From NCBI GenBank assembly GCA_963555825.3, contig CAUVXB020000001.1, forward strand, positions 448,001 to 512,000: a stretch of 64,000 bases of DNA, read 5' to 3'. The notes below the pieces were generated by a model that was not told where the DNA came from, made no database searches, and saw only the letters and a program-made list of their open reading frames with translations. This stretch comes from Alphaproteobacteria bacterium. Its GTDB lineage: Bacteria; Pseudomonadota; Alphaproteobacteria; JAAXGF01. Position numbers and translations under genes: made by a program. The first letter of the stretch is position 1. Every line of letters begins with the position of its first letter. Shown one piece after another: positions 20,760-32,073 of the stretch.

Positions 20760-22985
20760 ATGACCGAGCACGAGATTGAGGACTGGCCACAGTTTGTACG
20801 GATCGCCGAAGCGCTAGACGTTGGTGACCCGTCAAAATTGACGTATGCCTTCCGGGGGCACTCCAATGATGGTTGGGAGCTTCTGCCGTCACTTCTTCGA
20901 GGTATAGGCCAGGAGATTTCAGAAGAACGGGCGCTCGATAACGAGGGCAGCGCGCGAGTAGAGTTTCTGGCACAGGCGCACTTACATCTCAATCCACAAA
21001 CGTTGCCGGCACAGAAAGACGCCATCGGTTGGTGGACATTGATGCAGCATCACGGTGCTCCGACCCGCCTCCTGGACTGGACCGAATCCTTCTATGTCGC
21101 GGCGTACTTCGCGGTTGCAGGTCAGCCAGAATCGGCGGGCGCAATTTGGTGCGTCCAGGTAGGGGTGGCTCATGAGCAAGCGGTAGCGAAATACAAATGG
21201 GCCGGGAATCCGGAAACCGTCAGAGAGATTGAGAAGGAATACCTCCAATCCGGTGCGCCGCAGGTAGTGCATTTCCTGCATACAAAATTGAAAACAAATC
21301 GGGTCGTTGTTCAGCAGGGGCTGTTCAGCATCTGTCGTAACGTGCTCGGGGATCACGGTGCTATCCTCGAAGAGACCATGCCGGCTGGCGGAGGAAAAAT
21401 GGTCTTCCAAAAATTTGTGATCCCCGCTCATCTCAAGACCGTTATTTGTATCGCACCCGGTTCCTTGGACACAAGTTTGTCTCATGCGGCGGGCCTGAGT
21501 GACATCGCGGTGTGCCACGCCTGACGAGCTTGAGCGGGGCTCAGGTAGCCGTTCTTCTCCACGATCCACTGGGCATTGTACTGTTCGACGAACCCGCGGA
21601 CGGCGTTCCGCAGCTCCGCGATGTTGCGGTAGATGCGGCCATGGATGATCTGTTCCTTGAGCGTGCGATTGAACCTCTCGGCGACGCCGTTGGTCTGGGG
21701 CTGTTCGACGAAGGCGTAGGACGGCTGGATGCCCCAGAACTTGATCTGGTTGGTGAAGTGGTCCGACAGATACTGGGAGCCGTGATCCATCCGCAAGGCC
21801 AGCCCCCGCGCCGCACCGGCGGAGGTCGAGGCATACAGCCTCGCAAGCCCCATGGAGATCGGCTGAAGGGCGGCGAAGCGGTCGCCTCGCTTGCACACAT
21901 GCCAGCCGACGCACTCGGCGTTCCAATGCTCGATGGCGGTGAATATCCAGCCCCAGCCGTCGTCCACCGTGAACACCCGAACGCCGTCCGTGCCCCACAT
22001 GAGGTTGGGGGCATGGGTGATGATCTCACCGACATGGGGATTTCCGCCACGGCGGCGGCAGCGATGGGGCGAGAGCAGGTTGTTCTCGCGCATCACCCGG
22101 AGCCCCCGCTTGCGGGAAACACGGATGCCACGACAGACCCGAAGCCGAGCCCAGACCTTGCGGTGTCCCTCGCCCTCCCAGGGGGATGCCTCCAGGTCGG
22201 CCTCGATGGCCACCAGCAGAGCCTCGTCCGAGATCGAGGGCTTCGGTCCCCGGCGCTTTGCTGGTGGGCGCTCAGCGGTGGCCTGCTGCCGGGATTTCAT
22301 GGCGTAGAACGAGGAACGGGCAAAACCCCAGGCCGCACAGACCCGCTGGAGGCCGTAGGCCAAACCCGTGCCGGGAGAGGTGGCGGCACTCATCGCCGCG
22401 ACCTCCGCCGCCCCAAAGGGCCGGACGTCTCCGTCTTGGCCTCCAGCAGTTCCACCTGCATGATCAACTCCCCGATCCGCTTCATGGCGATGTCCAGTTC
22501 CGCCTTCACCGGATCGCCCTTGCGTTCCTTGAGCGAGGCATCGATCCCGGCGATCGCCTTCTCACGCCACTGCTCGAGCCGGAAAATCTCCACGCCCAAC
22601 TGCCGCGACAAAAGTTCCACCGGCTCGCCACGCAAAAGCCGCAGGGCAACCTCACGCTTGCGCGTCACCGTCCACCGCTGGCCAAGTCCCAGCGGGCCTG
22701 CCGGCGAAACCTGGCCCGGGGAAAACGTGGACGAGCCAAGCTCGCCCTCGTTTACCACAGGCCCATCAACAGCAACTTTGTTCTCAAAATTGTCGGTCAT
22801 GTTCCGGTCCTCCTTGGACACTTCGATTAAGCCAATTCTGTGTCCAAGGAAATCGGGTCCGACTCAGCAAGACCGTTATTCTACGGCGCCTGAGAAACAT
22901 GAACATCACCGCGAACTCACTTTTTCCAGGTCTTGATGGTCTAGGGATGTCTATCCGCGAGTACGTTCAGGTGATGCTCGGTTAG
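20760..22985 (+). pseudogene. FRG domain protein split by IS3-like copy 2
   Basis: FRGH..LLPSL, MQHHGAPTRLLDWT, QQGLF; C-term LRRLRNMNITANSLFPGLDG resumes at 22881. Confidence 0.9.
21447..22866 (-). mobile_element. IS3-like element copy 2
   Basis: Same ends and proteins as copy 1; DR caagaccgttatt (13 bp) at 21434-21446 and 22868-22880 plus one extra or mismatched base. Confidence 0.95.
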
Positions 22986-23328
22986 CGCGACATCGTCGCC
23001 GCCATAGAGAAAGACGACGCCCTTGAGACAGCGAGGCCCGTTCGTCACGTCCCGGAGTCGAGGATATATACGATGGATGATGAGCATATCGTAGAGACCA
23101 TATAGGCGCAGGAGCGCGAGCGGTGCGCCCAAGTCGTCGAACGACTGGCGAATTGCTACAAGGATGAGCGGCGCAAGAACGCTGCCAGGGATGCGGCGTT
23201 CTTGGTTCGCCATGGCAGGATTGAGACTTAGGCTTCGACGCGGCGATGACCCGCGCGGAATTCGCCGGGCCAGGCTTAGGGTAATGACGCCCAGCAAACC
23301 GTAACGACGCTTCATTGGCGACGCGAGC

Positions 23329-23889
23329 ATGGCCAAAATTCAAGTCAACAAGATTGAAGGCGCACAGCGCCAAATCGATACGGCCATTCGCCTGCTGTTT
23401 GCGAACGAAGATCCGCTAGCAATTCTCACCTTGGCTTCCGGCGCGTTCCGCGTTTTGCGTGATCTCTCGGAATTTCGAGGCGCTGGGCCTCTCTGGGTAG
23501 GTTTCAAAGATGTGATCAAGCCTGGAATGGAGGGCGAGTTTTTTGCTGCTCTTCATATGCCTGCGAACTTCCTCAAGCATGCCGACCGAGCCCCCGATGG
23601 TGTCTTAGACAACCTTGATGAGGCTGCGATCGATGGCATTCTCCAGATGGCGACAGTCCTGTATCGCGATTTGTGCAATGAGATCACCGTGGAGATGAAC
23701 GCATTTACCCTATGGAACGCTGCGATGAGGCCGCATTTTTTTAATTTCCAGGGCGAGGCTAAAGAACGTGTCGACGTCGCAGCGGAAGCCCTGAAGGGCC
23801 TTAGCAGCAGGGCCGAACAGCTTTCGTTTGGAGGGCACCTTCTCGAAGAGCTGCGAGCTAAAGGCGTCGATAGGATACCAATGCCCTAA
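23329..23889 (+). CDS. Hypothetical protein of island/prophage type
   Basis: K..A.RQI.TAI.L.F..D..AI.TLA..A and NFLKHADR pattern; lower GC. Confidence 0.7.
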   Translation: MAKIQVNKIEGAQRQIDTAIRLLFANEDPLAILTLASGAFRVLRDLSEFRGAGPLWVGFKDVIKPGMEGEFFAALHMPANFLKHADRAPDGVLDNLDEAAIDGILQMATVLYRDLCNEITVEMNAFTLWNAAMRPHFFNFQGEAKERVDVAAEALKGLSSRAEQLSFGGHLLEELRAKGVDRIPMP

Positions 23890-24376
23890 AATCGTCACTC
23901 ATTACGCACGGTCCTCTGCGCCGGGACGTGCTGATATGATGGTTGGAGGATTTCGTCGATAAACTCGTGAAGGAAGGCTAGCGGCGCATGGGCATCTTAC
24001 CGCCGAAGAGCGTCTACAGCCGTATCCGCCGCACTCCTTGGCCGAAGGATCAACGGCTTGAGCCGGTATATGAGAATTTGGAACCCGGCGACGAGGGATA
24101 CGAAGAGGCGGACAATCCGCAAGGCGAGCTTACGGACGATTAGCCGCCGAAACTCGCGCCGCGCGTTGCGTAGTTAGCTCTAAGCTTCATTTTTGTGCTG
24201 TCTAGAGACCTATTTGTCTGATGTATGATGGTCGCTCTGTCGCGAGAACCAGACCTTAAATTTCGAACACGGAACTTCGGCAGCGGTATCCAAATAGTTT
24301 GGTAACAAGCTGGCTAATTCCTCTAGTCCGAGTAAAATTGACGATAGGATGTAGCAAATTGGCGAGAGGAGCGACC

Positions 24377-24952
24377 ATGATGCTCACCTTCTTCGTTCCA
24401 ACGATCTTCACATTTTCAACACTCGTGGCTAGCTTCGGCGTTATCGCTGGAGCTGAACTAGACAAACAAACAATCCTGGTTAGTTCAATTCCTAATATAA
24501 CGGGTAGTGTATACCCTCCCCATTACAAAATGCCACGGCGGAATTTTATGATATTTGTTCCCAATGATCATACGTTTTACATGCAACAAGTGGCGAGCGA
24601 GACGTCCTCGCCAACCACGCTGTCCGATGAAGATGCCCGTGATCTGATCGAACTCGAGTGGAATGCGTATTCAATTCCAATTTGGTTGGGTAATTTTCAG
24701 GTCGGCAAGTGGAAGGACGATTTTGAAAATCGGAAGATGTCGTATGACTCTTTCAAATATTATAAAATGGTTCATCATGCGGGATTGGTATCTATCACAA
24801 TACGCGATAAATTGACAAGTTCATTAGACGAGTCATTCTCATGGAATGATTGGTTGAAGTTGAACAAACACGGCAATGTACTACAAATTAACATTTTTCC
24901 GACAAAAAAATGGGTTGTCATTGCAGATGAACGGCAAACCGGGGCTGAATGA
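24377..24952 (+). CDS. Hypothetical low-GC protein with N-terminal hydrophobic segment
   Basis: AGGAG RBS before ATG; AT-rich ORF; overlapping ORF to 25175 may be its frameshifted continuation. Confidence 0.5.
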   Translation: MMLTFFVPTIFTFSTLVASFGVIAGAELDKQTILVSSIPNITGSVYPPHYKMPRRNFMIFVPNDHTFYMQQVASETSSPTTLSDEDARDLIELEWNAYSIPIWLGNFQVGKWKDDFENRKMSYDSFKYYKMVHHAGLVSITIRDKLTSSLDESFSWNDWLKLNKHGNVLQINIFPTKKWVVIADERQTGAE

Positions 24953-25375
24953 CAACCTACTGACTGTGAAAGAGGGGCATTATGAAATTAGCCGGATCGT
25001 TCGCAACGAGGAGATTGTACGGGGTTCATCAGTATATAGACTTGTAATGGGAGAGCATCATGCGGAAATTGACACAAGTATTGCAAAATATTTTGAACTA
25101 AGACATGGTATGACAATGGGTCGAGATAGAAAATTTATTGTACTTCTTGAATATGATTATTTTGATGGTGTTTAGAAGATAAAGGCTGGAGATTACGCCA
25201 ATAGGGATGCCGAGTTTTCTACCAACAAAGTGAAAAAAACATTGGCGGCCAATTAGGTGGATTGAGGTGCAGATTTCGGATTGGATGCCCCGTGGAAACT
25301 TTGCGAGCGCGCATGTCATAATCGGCCGCATGATGTGACGGGTTGCAGCATACGTGTGGAGAGAAGGAGCCGGAG

Positions 25376-26200
25376 ATGGCACGGCTCGCTCTATTCAAAC
25401 ACGGGACATTTACTCGCCGAATGTTGAAGGCAGGCGTTCTTCTATTCTTGGGCTTGGCGCTGGGCGGATCCGGCTGGGCCATTGTGCCGATGGCCATAAA
25501 GCCGGACGATACAGCGGCCAAAACCTTTACGCCCGCGCCCGGCCAATCGAACATCTATGTTTACCGGGAACGGGAATTGATTGGCGCGCCCCTGCACCTG
25601 TTTCAGCTTGTGGTCGACGGCCTGTTCGTCGGCGGGATCGCGCCCGAGACCTATCACCTCATCGAAGCCGCGCCCGGCTTACATGTGCTCTCAGTCCTCG
25701 CCGTCGCGAATCAACGAGATACCCAGATTTTCGTCGAGGCCGGCAAGAACTACTTTGCCATCGTGATCGGTCTCGAGGGGGAAGGATTTGCGCCGCGCGT
25801 CAACATCTGGCAGGTATCGGACGAAGAGGGCATGGCTGGCGTTTTGGAGGCCAAGCGCGCGGAAGGGTCACCGGTGAAGTTCTTCGCGCCGATCGACAGC
25901 GAGCCGGCTCCCGAATATCTGTCCCATAGGGACGCGATCCTGGCCGATCCGAATTTAGAAAGGGCGTTGACCAGATACTACAATAGCAACCGAGTGCGGA
26001 GAAAACTGCGAGACGGTACGATGAGAGGGGGGCTTTCGAAGATGGAGTCGATTTCAGATTTGAAATTTTCCGGTGTCAACAAAGACTATTTGAAAATACA
26101 GGGAAAATACACCTGGCGCTTTGATAGTAGTTTCGATGCAAAATTTTCAGACTACATTGTATTTACATTGAAAAAACGGGTGAAGATTACGACATATTAG
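25376..26200 (+). CDS. DUF2846-like exported protein with low-GC C-terminal extension
   Basis: AKTFTPAPGQSNIYVYR..PG.H..EAGKNYF..VSDEEG pattern. Confidence 0.65.
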   Translation: MARLALFKHGTFTRRMLKAGVLLFLGLALGGSGWAIVPMAIKPDDTAAKTFTPAPGQSNIYVYRERELIGAPLHLFQLVVDGLFVGGIAPETYHLIEAAPGLHVLSVLAVANQRDTQIFVEAGKNYFAIVIGLEGEGFAPRVNIWQVSDEEGMAGVLEAKRAEGSPVKFFAPIDSEPAPEYLSHRDAILADPNLERALTRYYNSNRVRRKLRDGTMRGGLSKMESISDLKFSGVNKDYLKIQGKYTWRFDSSFDAKFSDYIVFTLKKRVKITTY

Positions 26201-26278
26201 GTTTCGAGTTGGGGGCGTGGCCGTTCTAGGCTACGCGCCGTGATCGCCCGATTCCCCGGGTCGGCACGACCGGCGATC

Positions 26279-27451
26279 TCACAACACGTCGAAGGCGACG
26301 TCGCCGCCGCCGACCAGCATATGCGGGCCGTCGTCGGTCAGCGCGTAGGTGCCGCCCTGGACGATGCCGATGCCCTCGTCGGGCAGCTCGATGCAGGCGT
26401 GCAGCACGAAGACCATGCCGGGCTCGAGCCGGCGGACGAAGCCGCGGCTGATCTGCAGCGATTCGAGCCAGATCGGCGGGTAGGCGACGCCGATGCCGTA
26501 GCCGAAGCGCATCTGTGCGAACTCGACCAGCCCGGCGGCGGCGAGCGGCTCGAGCGACGCCTCCTCGACCGCGTCGACCGGCACGCCAGGCTCGATGACC
26601 GCGATGCCGGCGGCCAGCGAGGCACGCGCGATGTCGTAGACCTGGCGGACGCGCGGGCCCGGCTCGCCGGCCGCCATGGTGTGCACCGCGACGGCGTGAT
26701 AGCGGTGCGAGACGCCGGCGAACTCGAGGTGCACCAGATCGCCCGGCTCGATGAGGCGCTCGCGTGGCGTGGCGTGGCCGCCCGGCGTGCGCGGCCCGCT
26801 GGCGAGCTCGGTCGGGACCGCCCAGAAGTCGCTGCCGGCGAGCCGCATGGCGCGCTCGACCTCGCCGGCGAGCGCGATCTCGGTCATGCCGGGCCGCAAA
26901 CTGCGGCGCGCCGCCGCCAAGCCGATCGAAGCGAAATCGGCAGCCTCGCGCAGATAGTCCATCTCGCGCGCCGACTTGATCAGCCGCAGATCGCCCAACA
27001 GCCCGGTGGCGTCGGCGACGCGGGCCGGCGCGAGCGCCGCTTCGAGCGCGATGCCGAAGGCGTGGGGCAGGGCGTAGGACTGCAATTCGACCGCGACGCG
27101 GCCGTCGGCCATGCCTTTCTCGCGCGCGATTCCGGCGATCAGGGCGGGCGCATCGTCGGCGTGCAAATGATACTCCCGGACGTCGTCGAGCCACGAGGTC
27201 TCGGCGGCGAGCGGCCGGTCGACGTTGCGCACCAACAGGGTCGGCGCGTCGTCGCCGGTGGTGAACACCAGGGCTTGCGGGCTGTTGACGCTGACCCAGC
27301 TGTCGTAGCCGGCGAGGTAGTAGAGATGCTCGGGCGCGACCGAGACGCAGCCGGCGAACCCGGCGTCGGCCAGGCTGGCCCGCGCCCGCGCCAGTCGCTC
27401 GCGATGCTCGGCATCGGAAAACGCCGCGAAGACCGGTCCGCCCTGGCTCAT
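26279..27451 (-). CDS. Xaa-Pro peptidase / creatinase-like (M24) protein
   Basis: FSDAEHRERL, YYLAGY, LIKSARE, FGYGIGVAYPPIW, PGMVFVLH. Confidence 0.88.
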   Translation of the reverse strand: MSQGGPVFAAFSDAEHRERLARARASLADAGFAGCVSVAPEHLYYLAGYDSWVSVNSPQALVFTTGDDAPTLLVRNVDRPLAAETSWLDDVREYHLHADDAPALIAGIAREKGMADGRVAVELQSYALPHAFGIALEAALAPARVADATGLLGDLRLIKSAREMDYLREAADFASIGLAAARRSLRPGMTEIALAGEVERAMRLAGSDFWAVPTELASGPRTPGGHATPRERLIEPGDLVHLEFAGVSHRYHAVAVHTMAAGEPGPRVRQVYDIARASLAAGIAVIEPGVPVDAVEEASLEPLAAAGLVEFAQMRFGYGIGVAYPPIWLESLQISRGFVRRLEPGMVFVLHACIELPDEGIGIVQGGTYALTDDGPHMLVGGGDVAFDVL

Positions 27452-27571
27452 CGTCGCCTCTCGGTATGTTCTGTCGGTCGCACGCCAATATAGCATGGCA
27501 GGCGTGGAACGGCGGCGCTTGACGGGCGGCACGCCGGCACCGAGAGTGCGCCTGCAATCGAAGGGGGTCAC

Positions 27572-29098
27572 ATGGCGGCAACGAACGATTTCCAGATCAT
27601 TCGCGGCGGGCGGCTGCTCGACGTCGAAGCCCGGACGGCGGCGCCGGCGGATATCCTGGTCGAAGGCGCGCGCGTCCGCGAGATCGGTGCCGCGGGGCTC
27701 GCGGTGCCCGAGGGCGCGCGCGCGGTCGATGCCGAGGGGCGTCTGCTCATTGCCGGCCTGGTCAATGCCCACACGCACGGACACGGCGCCCTGGCCAAGG
27801 GCGTCGGCGATCGCTGGTCGCTCGAGCTGCTGCTCAACGCCGGGCCGTGGATCAGCGGCAACCGCTCGCTCGACGACAAATTCCTGTCGGCCCAGTTGAA
27901 CGCCGCCGAGATGCTGCGCAAGGGCTGCACCGCGGCTTACGATCTCTATCTCGAGATCCCGCTGCCGACCGCCGATGGCATGGCGGCGGTCGGCCGCGCC
28001 TATGCCGACGTCGGCATCCGCGCGGTGATCGCGCCGATGATGGCCGACCGGTTGTTCTACGCGGCGATCCCGGGCCTCATTGACGCGCTGCCCGACGATC
28101 TGCGCGCCCGGGTCGAGACGGTCAGCGCGGCGCCCTACGCCGAGAGCGTCGCCGCGGCGCGCGAGATCCTGCACGGCTGGTCGCTCGACCGGGGCCAAGT
28201 CAAGCCGGCGCTGGCGCCGACCATTCCGCTGCATTGCTCGGACGATTTCATCGTCGCCTGCCGCGACCTGGCCGACGAGTACGGCGTCGGCCTGCACATG
28301 CACCTCGGCGAATCCCGCACCCAGGCGGTCTCGGGCATGCGCCGCTACGGCAAGACGCTGACCGCGCATCTCGATGCACTCGGCTTCCTGGCGCCCAATT
28401 TCACCGGCGCGCATTGCGTCTGGCTCGACGACGACGACATCGCGCGCATGGCCGACGCGGGCGCCTCGGTGGCGCATAACCCGGGCAGCAACTTGCGGCT
28501 CGGCTCGGGTATCGCGCCGGCTGGCGCCATGCGACGGCGCGGCGTCAACGTCGGTGTCGGCACCGACGGCTCGAACTGCTCGGACAATCAGAACATGTTC
28601 GAGGCGATGCGCATCGCCTCGTTCGCCTCGCGCGTCGTGACGCCCGATACGGACGGCTGGCTGGCGACCGGCGAGGTCGTGCGGATGGCGACCGAGGGCA
28701 GCGCGCAAGCGCTCGGCTGGGCCGGCGAGATCGGCCGTATCGCGCCGGGCTACCTCGCCGATATCGTGTTCCTCGACCTCGCCAACATCAACTACGTGCC
28801 GCTCAACGACGCGACCAATCAGATCGTCCATTGCGAGGATTCGAGCGCCGTCGAGAGCGTCATGGTCGGCGGCCGCATGGTGCTCGATGCCGGCCGCTTC
28901 ACGAGCTTCGACTACGACAAGCTGAGGCGCGACGCCGAGGCCGCCTGCGAGCGTCTGCGTGGCGCCAACGCCAGCGCCCGCGAGCTTGCCGAGAAGCTCG
29001 AACGACACGTCGGGCGCTTTTGCGTCGGCCTGGCGCGCGAGCCCTATCACATTCACCACCTGGGTGGTCATGCCGACGGCTGGGGTGGTCATGGCTGA
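27572..29098 (+). CDS. Amidohydrolase (AtzA/TrzA/MTA-deaminase-like)
   Basis: GLVNAHTH, HMHLGES, AHCVW, HNPGSNLRLGSG, GTDG. Confidence 0.9.
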   Translation: MAATNDFQIIRGGRLLDVEARTAAPADILVEGARVREIGAAGLAVPEGARAVDAEGRLLIAGLVNAHTHGHGALAKGVGDRWSLELLLNAGPWISGNRSLDDKFLSAQLNAAEMLRKGCTAAYDLYLEIPLPTADGMAAVGRAYADVGIRAVIAPMMADRLFYAAIPGLIDALPDDLRARVETVSAAPYAESVAAAREILHGWSLDRGQVKPALAPTIPLHCSDDFIVACRDLADEYGVGLHMHLGESRTQAVSGMRRYGKTLTAHLDALGFLAPNFTGAHCVWLDDDDIARMADAGASVAHNPGSNLRLGSGIAPAGAMRRRGVNVGVGTDGSNCSDNQNMFEAMRIASFASRVVTPDTDGWLATGEVVRMATEGSAQALGWAGEIGRIAPGYLADIVFLDLANINYVPLNDATNQIVHCEDSSAVESVMVGGRMVLDAGRFTSFDYDKLRRDAEAACERLRGANASARELAEKLERHVGRFCVGLAREPYHIHHLGGHADGWGGHG

Positions 29099-29813
29099 CG
29101 ATACGGTGACGCTGACCATCGACGCGGTCGCCACCGACTACCCGGCATTCCGCGTTGGCTTCGCGGTCGTCCGCGGCATGCGGATGGATGGCGGCGCCTG
29201 CCCGGCGATCGACGCGCTGGTCGCCGAGGCCGAGGCGCTGACCGCCGAGCGTCTGGCGGCGCACGACATCGCCGCGCTTGATGAAATCGCCGACTGGCGC
29301 GCCGCCTACCGCTCGTTCGGCATCAAGAAGACCAGTTACCGCAACGCGTGCGAGGCGCTGTTGCGCCGGCTGCGCGGCGGCGCGGGTCTGCCGCGCGTGC
29401 TGCCGCTTGTCGACCTCTACAACGCGCTGTCGGTCAAGTACCTGATCCCGGTCGGCGCCGACGACGTCGCGTTGCTCGCGCCGCCGCTCGCGTTTCGCTA
29501 CGCGCAGCCCGGCGACAGTTTCCACGACCTCGCCGGCGACCACGAGATCGACGACCCGCCCAAGCCGGGCGAGGTGGTGCTGGCCGACGCGGCACACGTG
29601 CTGTGCCGGCGCTGGAACTGGCGTCAGGACGCGCGCAGCCGGATCCGCCCCGAGACGCGCGCCGCGACCCTGGTGCTGCAGACGCTCGCGCCCGACGGCG
29701 CGGCCAGGCTCGCGGCCGCCGCCGAGGAACTCGCGGCCTGCGCCGCCGCCGACCTCGGCGCCGCGTGCCGCTGGGCGATCGCCAGCGCCGAAGCGCCACG
29801 GGTCGAGGTGTGA
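29091..29813 (+). CDS. B3/4 domain protein (tRNA-editing-like)
   Basis: WRAAYRSFG, EALLRR, LVDLYN, CRRWNWRQ. Confidence 0.88.
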   Translation: MADDTVTLTIDAVATDYPAFRVGFAVVRGMRMDGGACPAIDALVAEAEALTAERLAAHDIAALDEIADWRAAYRSFGIKKTSYRNACEALLRRLRGGAGLPRVLPLVDLYNALSVKYLIPVGADDVALLAPPLAFRYAQPGDSFHDLAGDHEIDDPPKPGEVVLADAAHVLCRRWNWRQDARSRIRPETRAATLVLQTLAPDGAARLAAAAEELAACAAADLGAACRWAIASAEAPRVEV

Positions 29814-29835
29814 ACCGGAGTATGGGAGGCAAGGC

Positions 29836-30259
29836 ATGGAACAACGCCTGAGCATCATCACGCTGGGCGTCGCCGACGTGGCGCGGGCGCGCGGCTTCTA
29901 CGAGGCGCTCGGCTGGACCGCGTCGCGCGCGAGCAGACGAGATCGTCTTCTTCCAGCTCGCCGGCATGGCGCTCGCGCTCTATGCCGGCGACGACTTGGC
30001 CGAGGACGCCCGCGTCTCGTCCGGGGGCGCCGGTTCGGCGCGCATCACCCTGGCCCATAACGCGCATGACCGCGCCGAGGTCGATGCCCTGCTGGCCGCG
30101 GCGGAGCGGCCCGGCGCGACCATCGTGAAGCCCGCCGAGGACGTCTTCTGGGGCGGCTATTCGGGTTACTTCTGCGATCCGGACGGCCACGCCTGGGAGA
30201 TCGCCTGGAACCCGCACACGCCGCTCCAGGCCGATGGCGGCTTCGTGCTCGCCGACTAG
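29836..30259 (+). pseudogene. VOC/glyoxalase family protein, frameshift near 29935
   Basis: MEQRLSIITLGV..FYEALGW then FWGGYSGYF.DPDGH.WE in another frame. Confidence 0.8.
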
Positions 30260-31191
30260 ATTCATTCTGCATCCCGCGCCTCGACGCGTCAGCGGGCCAT
30301 ATCGGCGCAATATGTTGGGATCAGACTCCATTTAATTTGACGAACACACTTAATGAACAAAGTTGTCTGACAGGATTCAGTCCACGATCCATTTGGCGCG
30401 GTTAGTGCTGGCGCGCACTTTGTGCTACTATCGGTCGCAAACGTAGCGAGCAATCCGCGGAATTCCGACCATAAGGTATCTGATCGATCGCTCGAATCCG
30501 GGTTAGAGGCAGCCATGGCCACTCGCATCGGCATCCTATTGGTTCACGGCATCGGGGAGCAGCGGCGCTTCGAGCACTTGGAAGGTGAGGCGCGGAATAT
30601 CGCTTCTGCGTTGAAAGACGCCCCGACGTTGACGGCACGGGTCGAGGTCCGTACCAGCCCCACCGCCGCATTCGCGGCCGAACAGCAGACCTGGCAGGCC
30701 GAGGGCGTCGCCCCGGTGATGGTCGAGGTGACCGACGACGATGGCGTCGTGACCGAACTCCACTTTCACGAGGTGTGGTGGGCCGATCTCGACGAGCCAG
30801 CGACCCTATGGGTGCGCATCAAATTCTGGATGTGGGGCCTGTCGATGTGGAGCCTCCGCGGTCACCTGGAGAGTAGCCGGACGGGATACGCCGAAATGCG
30901 GCCGCCCGCCAATATCGACAGAAAGCGGCCGCGGATCCGCCTGTGGTCGCGCGTTCGACTGTTCGTGGTCGGCATGATCATCCTGCTGATCCTTCTGACA
31001 ATTTCCCTTTTGAACCTTGTTCTTCGCCGCGTTCTCAACCTCAACATCCCAGGGCCTGAAATACTGGTCGACTACATCGGCGACGTGAAACTGTTCCAGC
31101 AGAAAAGCCGGAGCGGGAAGGGCCCCCTGGCCGTAAGCGTTCGTTCAGGCCGTGGAATCAGCGCGGGCGTTTCCATTCGCCCCGGCCGATT

Positions 31192-32073
31192 TTAGCGATT
31201 GAGGGTGCGTTTCCAATCCCGTCGCAGGGGCCGGAGCCAGACATCCTTTTTAGGCTTGTCGGACTGCCTGTCCCGGTCGTAGCGCCCGCGCCCCTGGGTG
31301 GTCCCGACGCGGGTCCAGCCGGAGGCCCTGTAAACGGCGCCGGTGTAGCGCGGGGTCTCGACGAAGGTCTCGATGAGCACGGGCGTGGTGTTGTAGCGCT
31401 CGGTCCAGTCATCGGGCAGGCGCCGGCGGATGATGGCCAGGATGTGCGAACCCAGGTTGGGGATATTGATCCAGGGCAGGATCAGGAATCTCGGGTTGTC
31501 GACCACGAAGGGAAGGTTCTTCTCGCGCTTCTGCCGTGTCCATCCGATGAAGTTGTCGCGCGGGGCGAGCTTCCACGCGGCGGTGGAGAAGCCGAGCATG
31601 GCGAGCGGCCAGCCGTCGCGGTCGTGGACGGCGTAGCGCATCTGGGCGCCGACCAGGGTCTTGTATCCGAGATAGTGGTAGCGGGCGACGAACTCGTTCC
31701 AGAGCTTGCTCTCCCGGGTGCCGCGCACGACGGGGCGCAGGTCGAGCGGACGGACCTCGTCGAGGGTCGTCGGGGCCGGGAACAGCGGCGCTTCGGTGTC
31801 CGGCCCGAAGACGATCGGCCCGGGCCGGTTCTGCCGTCCCTGCGGCGCCGGCAGGGCGATCAGGCCGTCCCTGTGCATGGCCAGCATGGCGACCCTGGCC
31901 ATCATGTCCTTGAGGCCGCCGTCGGGCTTGAACCAGCCGATGCGCCGGCAGAACTCCTTCGACAGCATATGGCGGTTCAACGGCGGCGGCCCGGCGATCA
32001 GCGCGCGCAGCAGCGCCATTTCCCCGGCGGTGAAGTCGCGGCCGTAATAACGGCACTCGATCGCGCCGGTCAC
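31192..32073 (-). CDS. DUF4338 (Druantia DruA-like, Mom/GNAT-like) protein inside IS66
   Basis: HYLGY, RDNFIGW, NPRFLILPW, ETFV, GAVYRASGWTRVGTTQGRG, K.VW motifs; GTG overlaps the tnpC stop (GTGA). Confidence 0.85.
   Translation of the reverse strand: MTGAIECRYYGRDFTAGEMALLRALIAGPPPLNRHMLSKEFCRRIGWFKPDGGLKDMMARVAMLAMHRDGLIALPAPQGRQNRPGPIVFGPDTEAPLFPAPTTLDEVRPLDLRPVVRGTRESKLWNEFVARYHYLGYKTLVGAQMRYAVHDRDGWPLAMLGFSTAAWKLAPRDNFIGWTRQKREKNLPFVVDNPRFLILPWINIPNLGSHILAIIRRRLPDDWTERYNTTPVLIETFVETPRYTGAVYRASGWTRVGTTQGRGRYDRDRQSDKPKKDVWLRPLRRDWKRTLNR

Noticed and set aside
26279-29134. 951-aa ORF and other long shadow ORFs (15526-17949, 38585-40588, 32388-34598)
   Set aside because: High-GC antisense or alternative-frame extensions over well-supported genes
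31192-32073. Complete Druantia defence system
   Set aside because: No DruE helicase or other dru genes; the gene lies inside IS66 TIRs
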